From assembly GCF_009914755.1 (NCBI RefSeq), contig NC_060931.1: 64,000 nucleotides of DNA; one strand, given 5' to 3'. Made by a program: the position numbers and the translations under genes. Below the pieces are notes generated by a model. The model was not told the DNA's origin and made no database searches. It worked only from the letters and a program-made list of their open reading frames with translations. The DNA comes from the human T2T-CHM13v2.0 reference genome, Homo sapiens. Each line of letters begins with the position of its first letter. The stretch's first letter is position 1. Positions 28,430-39,699 of the stretch are shown one piece after another.

Positions 28430-28630
28430 GTAGGGTACAATAAAAGCTACATAGGTTTGAATCCTGGCTCTGACACCATCTGTGCTAGTCAGAACCTCTG
28501 AGCATCTGGCCCTCCCTGTGCTCTTCTGTAAAATGTAATAAGCTGACCTCACAGAGTTGGGTTCAGAAAAAGACATACGATTATACCTGAAAAGACTCTG
28601 GCATGTAGTAAGCACAGAAACTTGACTAAT
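28430..28630 (+). mobile_element. MIR SINE
   Basis: GGTTTGAATCCTGGCTCTGAC...CTTCTGTAAAATG...CTGGCATGTAGTAAGCAC. Confidence 0.7.
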
Positions 28631-29309
28631 TCCTTTATTCTTCTTCTTATTCACCTTTCCACGGAAGTGACTTTTCAAGTAGGAGCGAGCCAATTCTCCT
28701 GGCAGGGACACCCTGAACACCACAAACCTCCTCTACTATGCCGATCTGAACCTGTTAATTCTAACATCCAGATTTCCCAGGGCCCAGAAAGCCACGCTGA
28801 TGGTTCCAGAAGTTCTTCTATTAGGCTCTCGGTCACAGGCAAAAACAACAGCACCATCTTAAGTCATGCAAAGATGAGCAGAATGAGTACTTACGCAACC
28901 GCAAGAGCAGGACCCCAAAAGGATGGTCCTGAAGTTTACATGAGATCAGTTCGGGAGTCTGGGGTTTGGAGTGGGGCTCGTATCACAGTGAGCGGTGGAG
29001 CAAGGAAAGGGCTTGGCAAAGAACTGTGTTTACGAGGACTGGGGTCAGCGAGCTGGCAGAGAACTTCCAAGGGAGTCAGGCTCCACAATTCCTGAGGATT
29101 GTCACCCAACCCAGTGCCAGCCTAACACAAACCTCAAGAGCTTGCAACCCCGGACATTCGTTTGCTTCTTCTACTAGTGTTCCAAAGGGTTGTATGACAG
29201 CAATAGGAATTACGTTCATACAAAAGATAACACAGCTTCTTAAAGTATCTAAAACCAAGTAGTAGCAGATTAAAATTCTGAGGAAATCTTGAAAAAATAT
29301 GGGTTATCT

Positions 29310-29540
29310 TACTACTTAATGCTTAGTCAATATCAGGTACCTTCTAAGTATTTTAACTATATTAACTCATTTAATCTTCAAAATAATTCTGCAGGTAGGC
29401 ACCACTATACGGAACCATATTACAGAAGAGGAAAGCTTGATAGGTTAAGGAGTTTTCCCAAGGTCACAAAGCCAGTAGTAAGTCATAGAATCTAGAACGA
29501 AACCCAAACAGCCTGGCTTCTAAGTCCTTGCTCTTAATCA
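29310..29540 (-). mobile_element. MIR SINE
   Basis: ATTAACTCATTTAATCTTCA...CCCAAGGTCACAAAGCCAGTAGT...GCTCTTAATCA. Confidence 0.75.
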
Positions 29541-31050
29541 TCTCTTACAGAATATTCACATTTTTAAAAGTGTGCCTTATATTTGGCAATAAAAAAAATT
29601 GCAGGTTTCTGCAAAGTTACTTTAGCTTTAAAACATTTCAATGACAATTCAACTTTGAGTTCACCTAATGTTAACTGTTAAAAAAATTATTCAAGGGTCA
29701 AACACACTTTAATTCAAATTACTATTATATAATTGTAGATTTAAATGAAGTTATAAGGAACAATACAGAGAGATCCCTAGTAGCTTTTACTTAGTTTCTC
29801 CCATACATAACATTTGCAAAACTATAACACAATATCACAGCCAGAATACTGACATTGACATAATCCACCAACCAGAGTTCCCCAGTTTTATTTGCACTCA
29901 TTTGTGTGTGTATGTGTTTAGTTCTACGCAATTCTATCACATGTATAAATTTGTGTGACTGCCACCACAGTCCAGATACAGAACAGCTCCATCACCACAA
30001 AGATCCCGCATTTTGCCATTTAACACCCACACTCATAATCCCTCTTCCCTCATTCAACCCTCATTCATGGCAACAACTAATATATTCTCCATTTCTAAAA
30101 CTGCCATTTTGAAAACATTATATAAATGCAATGCCCAAAGTGTGTAATCTTTTGAGATTGGCTCTTTTCGCTCAGTATAATTTCCTGGAGATTTACAGAA
30201 GTTGTATTCACTCCTCCTATTGCTGAGTGGCATTCTATGATGTGGATGTACTAGAGTTTGTTCAATTATTCACCCACTGAAGGACATCTAGATTGTATCC
30301 AGTTCTGGACTATTAAGAATAAAGATGCTATAAAGATTTGTACACAAGTTTTTATGTGAACATAAGTTTTTCTCACTCTGGAATAAATGCCCAAGGGTAC
30401 AATAGCTGGGTTATATGATAGTCAAATGTTCACTTTTATAAGCAAGTATCAAACTGTTTTCTAGGGTTTCTACACCAGTATACATTACCACTACTAATAA
30501 ATGAATGATCCAGTCTCTCTACATCCTCATCAGCATTTGGTGCTATCACTATTTTTTATTTTAATAATTCTAATGGATGTGCAGTGATATCCCATTGTGG
30601 TTTTAATTTGCATTTTTAATAATTAATGATGTTGAACACTTTTCACTTGCTGTCTGTGTATCCTCTTTGGTGAAATATCTCTTTGTGTATTTTGCCCATT
30701 TTCTAATTGAATAGTTTGGGGTTTTTTACTGTTGAGTTTTGAGATTTTTAACATATTCTAGATACTAGTCCTACATTGAACACATGATTTGTGAATATTT
30801 TTCCCAGTCTGTATCTTGTATCTTTATCCTCTTTTTATCAGCTTCTGCAGAGCAAAAGTTTTAGGTTTTAATGAGGTCCAAAATATAAATTTTCACTTTC
30901 ATGAATTGTACTTTTTGTGACAACTCTAAGAATTCTGCCTAGCTGTGAACCCTGAAGATTTGTTCCTATTTTTTCATAAAAAGTATCCTAATTTTATGTT
31001 TTAAAGCTAAGTACATGATCCAATTTGAGGGTTTTTAAAAATAAATTATG

Positions 31051-31419
<369 letters not shown>

Positions 31420-31929
31420 TCAAGAACCACTTCTTGAAAAGTCCCTTCCTCATTGAGTTGGTTTTGCACCTTTGTCAAAAATCTGTTGAGCACATTTGTG
31501 TGGGTTTATTTTTGTATCCTTAATTCTGTCCAAGTAAACTGTGTGTCTGTTCCTCCACCACCATAAAACTATCTTGAAAAACCAACATCTCCTATGATGA
31601 TTGCAGACTTTTCAGTTTTACCATCTAAGTCTGAGTCTTGGCTCTCTATGTGTCAGTGCCATGTGGTTAGGTGCATAAAGTTCATTACTGTAATATTGTA
31701 ATATTTTCCTATGAAATTTCATTAACTATAAAATGTGCTTCTTTGATCCTATCAATACACTGGATATTAGTATTGCTACCCTAGGTTTCTTTTGTTTAAT
31801 ATTTGTCTGGATTGCCTGTTCCCATAAATTGACTTTTAATCACTTAGCGTTGTTCTAAGATTGATTTAAAATGTAGAATAAAAGGGAAGGTTATGGGAGG
31901 GTGGAACGTCTAATGTAAACCCAGCCCAG

Positions 31930-32008
31930 TGATTACATTAGCTGGGCGCTGATTAGGTTAGGATGTTGCCCAGGTATAAAGCCAGGATCTTCGGGACCTG
32001 GCTTCATT
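31930..32008 (+). promoter_or_regulatory. Candidate core promoter: two DUX4-consensus motifs, TATA box and Inr
   Basis: TGATTACATTA at 31930-31940 and TGATTAGGTTA at 31950-31960 (reverse complements TAATGTAATCA and TAACCTAATCA fit TAAYBBAATCA). TATAAA at 31975-31980. TTCATT Inr with its A at 32006, placing the TATA at -31. Confidence 0.7.
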
Positions 32009-32089
32009 TGGAGTTCAGCTACCAAAAGGAAACCTTCCTCTGGGTCCTGGAGTATTTGGCCTGAAATTGGGAATTTGGGAATTGCTGCT

Positions 32090-32700
32090 CTAGAGCGCTC
32101 CCTGCGGAGCTCGGCCGCCCGCCTCTCCCCCAGGTCTCTCCCGACGTCCCCACGCGGGGCGCAACCGCGAGAGAGGAACGCAGGTCGCCCCGCCAGCGCC
32201 CAGTGCAGCGCCAGTTTCCGGGCCGGGGCTGCTCTCGGAGCCATGAGCTGCGGCCGCCCCCCTCCCGACGTGGATGGCATGATCACCCTCAAGGTGGACA
32301 ACCTGACCTACCGCACCTCTCCCGACTGCTTGAGGCGCGTGTTCGAGAAGTACGGGCGCGTGGGCGACGTGTACATCCCGCGGGAGCCCCACACCAAGGC
32401 GCCCCGGGGCTTCGCCTTCGTCCGGTTTCACGACCGGAGCGACGCGCAAGACGCCGAGGCCGCCATGGACTGGGCGGTGCTGGACGGACGCGAGCTGCGG
32501 GTGCAGATGGCGCGCTATGGCCGCCGGGACCTGCCTCGCAGCAGCCAGGAAGAGCCAAGCGGCAGGTCCTGGGGCGGCCGCTACGGACGGCGGAGCCGCA
32601 GCCCCAGGGAGCGACACCGCAGCCAATCCCGGGGTCCCAGCTACTCTAGGTCCCGCAGCAGATCTCACTATGGGGGGTCTCGCTATAGCCCGTCTCCCTA
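32090..32700. other. CpG-island-like GC/CpG-rich segment
   Basis: Very dense CG dinucleotides over the 5'UTR and RRM, against CpG-depleted flanks. Confidence 0.8.
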
Positions 32701-33124
32701 CAGGAGATCTCGCTACAGCCGATCTCCCTACAGACGATCTCATTACAGGGGATCTCGCTACGGCCGATCTCCCTACAGTCGATCTTACAGCTGGCATCAC
32801 TACAGCCGATCTCCCTACAGGGAATCTCACTACAGGGAATCTCGCTACAGGAGGTCTCCCCACATCCGGTCTTCCCGCAACAGGTCTCCCTACCGCCGCT
32901 CTCACTCGAAGTCTGGGTCTCGCTCTCGATCTCCATCAATCTCCAAATCCAGCTCTCCACGAAGATCCAAGTCCTCCTCCGTCTCCAGATCCTGCTCACG
33001 GTCCATGTCTAGATCTACGTCCGGGAGTCCTCCCCCCACATCCAAGAGGGAATCCAAGTCCAGGTCGCGATCCAAGAGTCCTCCCAAGTCTCCTGAAGGG
33101 GAAAAAGGACAAGTGCCCTCCTAG
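32243..33124 (+). CDS. Intronless SRSF8-like (SRSF2-derived) SR splicing factor, 293 aa, intact ORF; retrogene or processed pseudogene, possibly SRSF8CP or an orthologue
   Basis: Start in GAGCCATGA context. [21 protein letters not shown] (RNP2)...PRGFAFVRF (RNP1), an RS domain and C-terminal [15 protein letters not shown]8-type residues (C3, [25 protein letters not shown]), but not identical to human SRSF8 as recalled. Expression cannot be shown from sequence. Confidence 0.8.
   Translation: MSCGRPPPDVDGMITLKVDNLTYRTSPDCLRRVFEKYGRVGDVYIPREPHTKAPRGFAFVRFHDRSDAQDAEAAMDWAVLDGRELRVQMARYGRRDLPRSSQEEPSGRSWGGRYGRRSRSPRERHRSQSRGPSYSRSRSRSHYGGSRYSPSPYRRSRYSRSPYRRSHYRGSRYGRSPYSRSYSWHHYSRSPYRESHYRESRYRRSPHIRSSRNRSPYRRSHSKSGSRSRSPSISKSSSPRRSKSSSVSRSCSRSMSRSTSGSPPPTSKRESKSRSRSKSPPKSPEGEKGQVPS
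32663..32899 (+). repeat. Coding 15-bp minisatellite (16 units, one of 12 bp) encoding S[RPH]Y[SRG]x pentapeptides
   Basis: Units such as TCTCGCTACAGCCGA, TCTCCCTACAGGAGA and TCTCACTACAGGGAA. Confidence 0.9.
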
Positions 33125-33389
33125 GAAAATGATCATCAGCTAACGCGTGATGGAGGACTTGGAAAAGGACTACATACTCAGTCCATGGAAGCAGAGTCAC
33201 TGGAAGAAGCGACTGCCTAATGAAACGGTTGGGTGACATTTGTCTACCTTTTTTACCAGTTTGAAGCGTTGCATCAGATGGCAAGATTCATTTTATGTGC
33301 CATTTTGTTGTTTTCAAATTTTCTTGTAATTTAGTGAGGTGAACGACTTTAGATTGGATATGGATATTTGACGGGAAAATTTATATTTG

Positions 33390-33694
33390 TCTTTTTTGTT
33401 TGTTTTTTATTTTTGAAATGTAGTCTAGCTCTGCTGCCCATGCTGGAGTGCAGCGGCGCCATCTGCATCTTTCACCTCCTGGGTTCAAGCAATTCTCAGG
33501 CCTCAGTCTCTGGAGTAGGTGGAATTACAGACGCCAGCCACCACGGAGGGCTAATTTTTGGATTTTTGGATTTTTGGTAGAGACGGGGTTTCGCCATGTT
33601 GGCCAGCCTACCCTCAAACTCCTGGGCTCAAGTGATCTGCTCACCTTGGCCTCCTAAAGTTCTGCGATTACAGGTGTGAGCCCCTTCGCCCAGC
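33390..33694 (-). mobile_element. Old (AluJ-like) Alu within the retrocopy 3'UTR
   Basis: Divergent antisense Alu (CCTGGGCTCAAGTGATC) interrupting SRSF2-like 3'UTR sequence. Confidence 0.85.
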
Positions 33695-34877
33695 GTGTAT
33701 TTGATTCTATAGTGCTGATATTTTTGGTTTGAAATGAACAGGTTGGTAACCTAATTTGTGGCCTCCTGTCTCTTAAGAAATGTGTGCAGCCATTACACAC
33801 AGCCCAACGCTGTCATGACATTGCCTCAAAACTGCCTTCATTCCTTAAAGTTAAAAACTTACAAAAGGTGGTATAAATGTATATGTGTAATATTATTACC
33901 TTTAAATCTAACTGGTAATATGACCCAAATTTGTATAAAGATTTTTCAGGTGAAAAGACCGGGTTTTGAGCAAACACAATTCTAATCTCTTCTGTGTTTT
34001 TGTGTACCAGGCCCGGCTGCATAGCAGTTGAGTGATGCTGGTTAGCTGTTAAGGTGGCCTGTTGCAGTGCAGAGTGCTGAGCTGTTTCCTGTTTTCTTCT
34101 GATTGCTCCTGAAAAAAGAAGCCCTGTCCTGAAGAACAAATGGCTTTTCAGTTTATTAAAATGCCTGTCAACTGCCCTTCCAGTCACCCAGGCCTGGAAG
34201 AGAAATAATAGAGCATGCAGTGAGCACATCTAGCTGATATGATAATCACACCTCTTCCCCCTCCCTATTCTGTTAAATGGCAAATCTGATCATGTCAACA
34301 TACATGAACTTAAAATATGGGGAATGTTATTGAAGAAATGGTTTGTAAGTGTAGGTACTTATAACATGGTGTATGTTTTTGATTATGAATATTTCTTACT
34401 ATAACCATGTTTCTATCATTGAATTAAAATGTTTTCTTGGTGTTACCTTTTCTCAAAATAAAACTAGAAATATTTTGTAGAAAAAAACTATCTTGACTAC
34501 TGTAGTTATATAGTAAGCCTTAGTAATGTATAAATTTATTTTTTCCTCTTTACTCTTCCTTATCAAGAATGTTTTAGCTATTTTAGGACCTGTGCCTTTC
34601 CACATACATTTTAGAATAATCTTATCTATGTTTACAAAAAAACTTTGCTAGGATATTGGCAGGAACTGCATTCAACTTATAGATTAATTTGAAGTGAATT
34701 GACCTTTATAATAAGTTGAGGTTTTGATTCATGAACATGGTATGTCTATTTATTATAGTTAGGTCTTCTTTGATTTATTTCTCTCTTTCTTCTTCTTCTA
34801 CTCCTCTCTCTTGCTGCCCCTCCTCCTCCTCCTCCTTCTCCTTCCCCTTCTCCTACTCCTTCATCTTCATCTTCTTC

Positions 34878-35150
34878 TTTTTACAAGACCAGGTCTCCTT
34901 CTGCCACCCAGGCTGGAGTGCAGTGGTGCAATCATGACTTACTGTGGCTGCCTCAAATCCCTGAGCTCAACGGATCCTCCTGCCTCAGCCTCCTGAGTAG
35001 CTGAGACTACAGGCACATGCCACTGTGCCCAGCTAACTTATTTATTTGCTTTTTTGATAGAGGCAGAGTCTTGCTATGTTGCCCAGGCTGGACTTCCTGG
35101 CTTCAAGTCATCCTCCCACCTCGGGCTTCCAAAGTGCTGAGATTACAGGT
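34878..35150 (-). mobile_element. AluJ, preceded by a CTC/CTT-rich tract
   Basis: CAATCATGACTTACTG...GAGCTCAA.GGATCCTCCTGCCTCAGCC...TGCTATGTTGCCCAGGCTGG. Confidence 0.85.
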
Positions 35151-36888
35151 TGATTTCTTTCATCAACATTTTATAATTTTCACCACACAGATGCTATATA
35201 TTACATATTTTGTCAAGTGTATAGCTAAGTATTTCATTCTATTTGGAGTGATTATAGATTATATTTTGTTTTAAATTTCCATTGCCAGTTATTGTCAGTA
35301 AAGTGTGATTTAATTTGTGTGTGTGTGTGGATCTTGCATCTCACAACCTTGTTGAACTCATTTATTACTTCTAAGAATTTTTTAGTAGACCCTTTGGGAT
35401 TTTCTGTTGACAACCCTGTCATCTGTAAATAGAGTCACTTTTCTTATTTTCTTTCCAACACATATGCCTTTTTTTCTTATCCTTCTCTTATTGACGTATT
35501 ACCTTATTACTAAAACTTCCAATACTTTATTTAGTAAGAGTTGTGAGAGCAGATATCTTTGTCTCATTCCAGATCTTAAAGGTAAATCATTGTTTTCATT
35601 AGCAAGTATGATGTTAGCTGTAGGTATTGTATAGATGCTCTTTTTCAAGTTGAGAGTTCCCTGTATTCCTAGCTTGCTGAGAGATTTTATCATGATGGAT
35701 GTTGGACATTTTTAAGTGATTTTTCTGAATTATATGATTTTTTTATGTTGGACTTTCTTGCATACTTCAAATAAATTCCACTTGATCACAGTGCATAATT
35801 CTCTTTACACACTATTAAACTCAATTTGCTAATAGTTCATTGATAATTTTTGTGCCTAAGTTCATGAAAGATACTGTTGTGGAGTTTAGGTGTGTGTGTG
35901 TGTGTGTGCTGTCTTTGTCAGGTTTTCACTTCATAAAGTAACTTGTGAGTGTTTATGCCTCTTCTATTTTTGGAAAAGAATGTATTAAATCATTGGTTAT
36001 TCTTCCTTAAATATTTCATAAAATTCTCCTGTACACATTTCTGAGCCAGGAAGTTTCTTCTTCGGGAGATTTGGGCAGGAGTCTGTGGGCAGGAGTGGGG
36101 AAATCTCCCCTGTCCCTTTTTATTTGCTTGATGTAGTCTACAGGGTTCCCATTTAGTCAGAGATAAGAGTGGGCTTCACTGGCCCCCCTCCACTGCTAGG
36201 CTGTGTTTTAAGAAACACCAGACCTGGATCCTCTTCTTCTGTTGGCTGAGGAGACATAAGATGCCCTTTCACTATGTCTTTAGTCAGGGCCCCAGACCAG
36301 TTTGCCTTCTTCTTACTACCTTTCAGAGCCCTCTTTTGGTTATCTTTGCTATGATTTTCAGTGTTTATCGTTGTACTTAGTTGGGGTGGAGGGAGCAGGG
36401 AGAAACAGGTCTAGCAACTTATCCATTGAAAGCCTCCAGAACACACTTTTGACTTTATAATGTTTTACCATGCAGGACAAAAACGAGAAACTTGGCTATA
36501 ATTTAATGAAATAACCAATAACATGTTCAGACAGTGGGATCTATTTGCCCCATTTTCTTCAGCAATTATTTTCTGAGTACCCAATGTGTGCCAATAACAG
36601 GTCTAGGAATCTGTGTGTGCAGCTATGAACAAGACAGACAGTGTGCCCTTTGGAGCTAATACTTTAGTGGAGAAGCCAGCCAATAAGCAAGCACAAAATA
36701 TATGTAAAAGATGAATTTTGGGTCATACTGAATGTCATTATGAAAAAAAAAAACAATTTCAGAAGCTGGTATAAGGCAGGAGCAAGGGGTGAGCAACTGG
36801 GTACAAATTTTATATTCTGCCATTTCTCACTGATGAGGCCCATGGATACATCTCACTGTCTCACCATGCTTCAGAAAATGTGATATCC

Positions 36889-37247
<359 letters not shown>

Positions 37248-38177
37248 CTAAGGTAGCAAAGGTTTGGGTGTCTAATCCTGGCCTTGCCATTTAACAACTA
37301 TGGAGCTTAGGCAAATCACTTCCTTAACTACAGTTTTCTCTGTAATATGAGTATAATCATGAAACATGATGTGAATATTTCCATAAGTTCTAAAGAATGA
37401 GATACAGATTATATTCATTTGAAGCAAGCTGGTAAAAGATCATATTGGTATTGGATAGAAAATGTTTAATTCAACACTCTGTGATTTGTTCTAATTAAAT
37501 ATCATCCAATATTTCAGCCATTATACTCCACAGGAATCCTATACATTACCCTAAGGCCAAAGGGTACAGTTATCAAAAAAAAAAGTCAGTTTACTTCAAT
37601 AAAATAATCAAACCTGTATTATTTTGAATGCTTCGTTAAAGAAAGACAAATTACACATATAGAATTAATAATATCAAGAAGAAAACTCTATGGGAAGAGC
37701 AGGGTCTCAAACATCCTATGTGCAGAACATATGCTCGGTTGGTGTGAATATAAGAGTGAGTGAGGCTTAATGCCTCCCTCAAAGAAGGGGAAAAAAGGGG
37801 GAAAAGGGGAAAAAGGGTAATTCGTATTCCTTAAGTTAGGGTTCAGGAAGAAAGACTGGCCTTCGGGAGCCCACAGTGGAAAGGTAAGGTAGGAGTAAAC
37901 AGAGAGACTAAGGCCAACACAGGCTACATTATCATAGCTTGACCAATGGGTGAAATGTCTCACCTGGGGATACACAAATGGGAAACAGAAAGGATGAAAT
38001 CCAAATGCATGTCTGCCAGAAGCCAAGAACTGTATTCTTTCTCCTTGCAGCTCAATAGAAGAGAAAAGAACAAGCAAAACTATCCGTATAAGTAAAAATA
38101 ACGTAAGATGTAGTGGTTGGTGGCGTAAGAAAGTGATGCTATTACACTTTACCTACGTCTGCTCCTGGAAAACTGCA

Positions 38178-38580
38178 AATGTGGTACATATACACCATGG
38201 AATACTAGGCAGCCATAAAAAAAAGAATGAGGTCATGTCCGTTGCAGGGATATGGATGAAGCCAGAGGCCATTATCCTTAGCAAACTAATGGAGGATCAG
38301 AAAACCAAATACCGCATGTTCTCATTTATAAGTGGGAGCTAAATGATGAGAACACCTGAACATATAGAGGGGAACAACACACACTGGGGCCTATCAGAGA
38401 GTGGAGGGTGGGACAAGGGAGAGGATCAGGAAAAATAACTAATAGGTAATAGACTTAATACCCAGGTAATGAAATAATCTGCACACCAATCCCCCCATGA
38501 CACACGTTTACCTATGCAACAAACCTGCACATGTACCCCTGAACTTAAAACTTAAATAGATAAATAAATAAATAAATAAA
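38178..38580 (+). mobile_element. 5'-truncated L1PA (older primate subfamily) 3' end
   Basis: AAATGTGGTACATATACACCATGGAATAC...CATGTTCTCATTTATAAGTGGGAGCTAAATGATGAGAAC...CCCCTGAACTTAAAA, then an AAAT tail. Confidence 0.92.
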
Positions 38581-38669
38581 ATTGTCATCATGGAAAGAAA
38601 TTCCTCCATCCATCCTTTTTGTTCCAGAAAATGGCTCATTGTGTTCCTGGAAATGAACATTCTTCTGTG

Positions 38670-39163
38670 ACCCCACTGACCAAACTAGACACAATGCCTG
38701 CTAAAGTGACTTAACCAACTTTAGTCAGGACCTCCTTCCCCAGGTCCCTAAACTTTGGCCCATTCAGCTTTGAACATTGGAATGAGAAACAGACCCTCTT
38801 TCTTTAATAACCTCTCCCAACAATTGGCTGATCTCAGGGAAATACATTCCCCGATCAACTGTTCAATCACTTGCTCATCCTACGTACCCACGTCAGGTTC
38901 TTTCAAGCCTTATTAATCCTCCCTGTAAAAGACAGCTCCCTTCTGCCTGACCTTTAAGACTCTTGCAGACCTTATAATCAAAATCTTTCCTATTCAAATG
39001 GCTCCCCACTCCTACCACAATTGCTCACTCCCCCTATTGTAACAGTTCCCTTCTCCCATTACAATAGTCCCTCCACCTATTTTAATAATCCCCTTTCTCT
39101 TTTGCAACAATCCTCTTGAATATGGTTTTTTGTTGTCTAAGACTGGATTTAATTTTTATTTGA
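38670..39163 (+). mobile_element. ERV1 LTR, MER31/MER67-like
   Basis: ACTTTAGTCAGG...CCCTGTAAAAGA, repeated CCCTATTGTAACAGT/CCCATTACAATAGT units and a TTGAATA 3' region. Confidence 0.55.
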
Positions 39164-39699
39164 TGAAAGTTATAAGGTAGAGCTAAGAACACACCCAGCC
39201 AGCAGGGCCAGGAAGGTGAAAGGAAGCACTTGAATTTTAGCGAGAACTGAAGACATTTCACTGGAGAAACCAAAGGAAAATGCTTTGGCAGATAGGCGTG
39301 ATTGTACATGGGGATGAGTTTTGAAGCTGTTGTAAATGGTTAGTGAGAACGTTCAGGAGGCTTGATTTTCAGGTTTGTAAGGGAGCAGTAAGGGCTGACC
39401 ACTGCAGTGATAAAGGGCCAGGACATCTTGGCAGAACCAGTCTTTACTAAAAATTAGAAATAAGTAAGAATCAGTTAAATGCTTGAAATATCCAACAGTA
39501 CATCTAATGATGCAGCAGCACTGCAAACAATGTAGTGGAGTCTACTGGAAATTTTCCCCACTAGGTAAATGTTTTCAGTAGTTAAATGAACACATGCAGA
39601 GAAAGAGATGCATGAAAAGAAACGAACAAATATTGACAAATAAGGTAATTCAATACCACAATAACAAAAAACACATTTGTACTTAAACATAAAATGGAT

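Larger units (their letters stand above)
31578..34483 (+). mobile_element. Retroposed insertion carrying the SRSF8-type gene with its upstream region and 3'UTR
   Basis: TSD AAAACTATCTTGA at 31565-31577 and 34484-34496, T|AAAA L1-endonuclease-type site, AATAAA at 34457-34462 and a short A run before the 3' TSD. Confidence 0.88.

Noticed and set aside
32075-32242. 56-aa N-terminal extension of the SR ORF in the ORF track
   Set aside because: It starts at a non-ATG codon (TTG). The homologous start is the Kozak-flanked ATG at 32243, and the extension is GC-rich 5'UTR.
32663-32899. Regularly spaced repeat as a CRISPR-like array
   Set aside because: Tandem coding minisatellite with no unique spacers, in primate DNA.
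32243-33124. Calling this the canonical SRSF8 gene
   Set aside because: The protein differs from recalled human SRSF8 in length and many residues, it is bounded by its own TSD inside an L1, and no KDM4-family neighbours are seen within ~30 kb on either side.
32090-33143. Long antisense and alternative-frame ORFs (271 aa, 208 aa, 148 aa) over the retrocopy
   Set aside because: By-products of high GC content and the 15-bp repeat; no recognisable domain.
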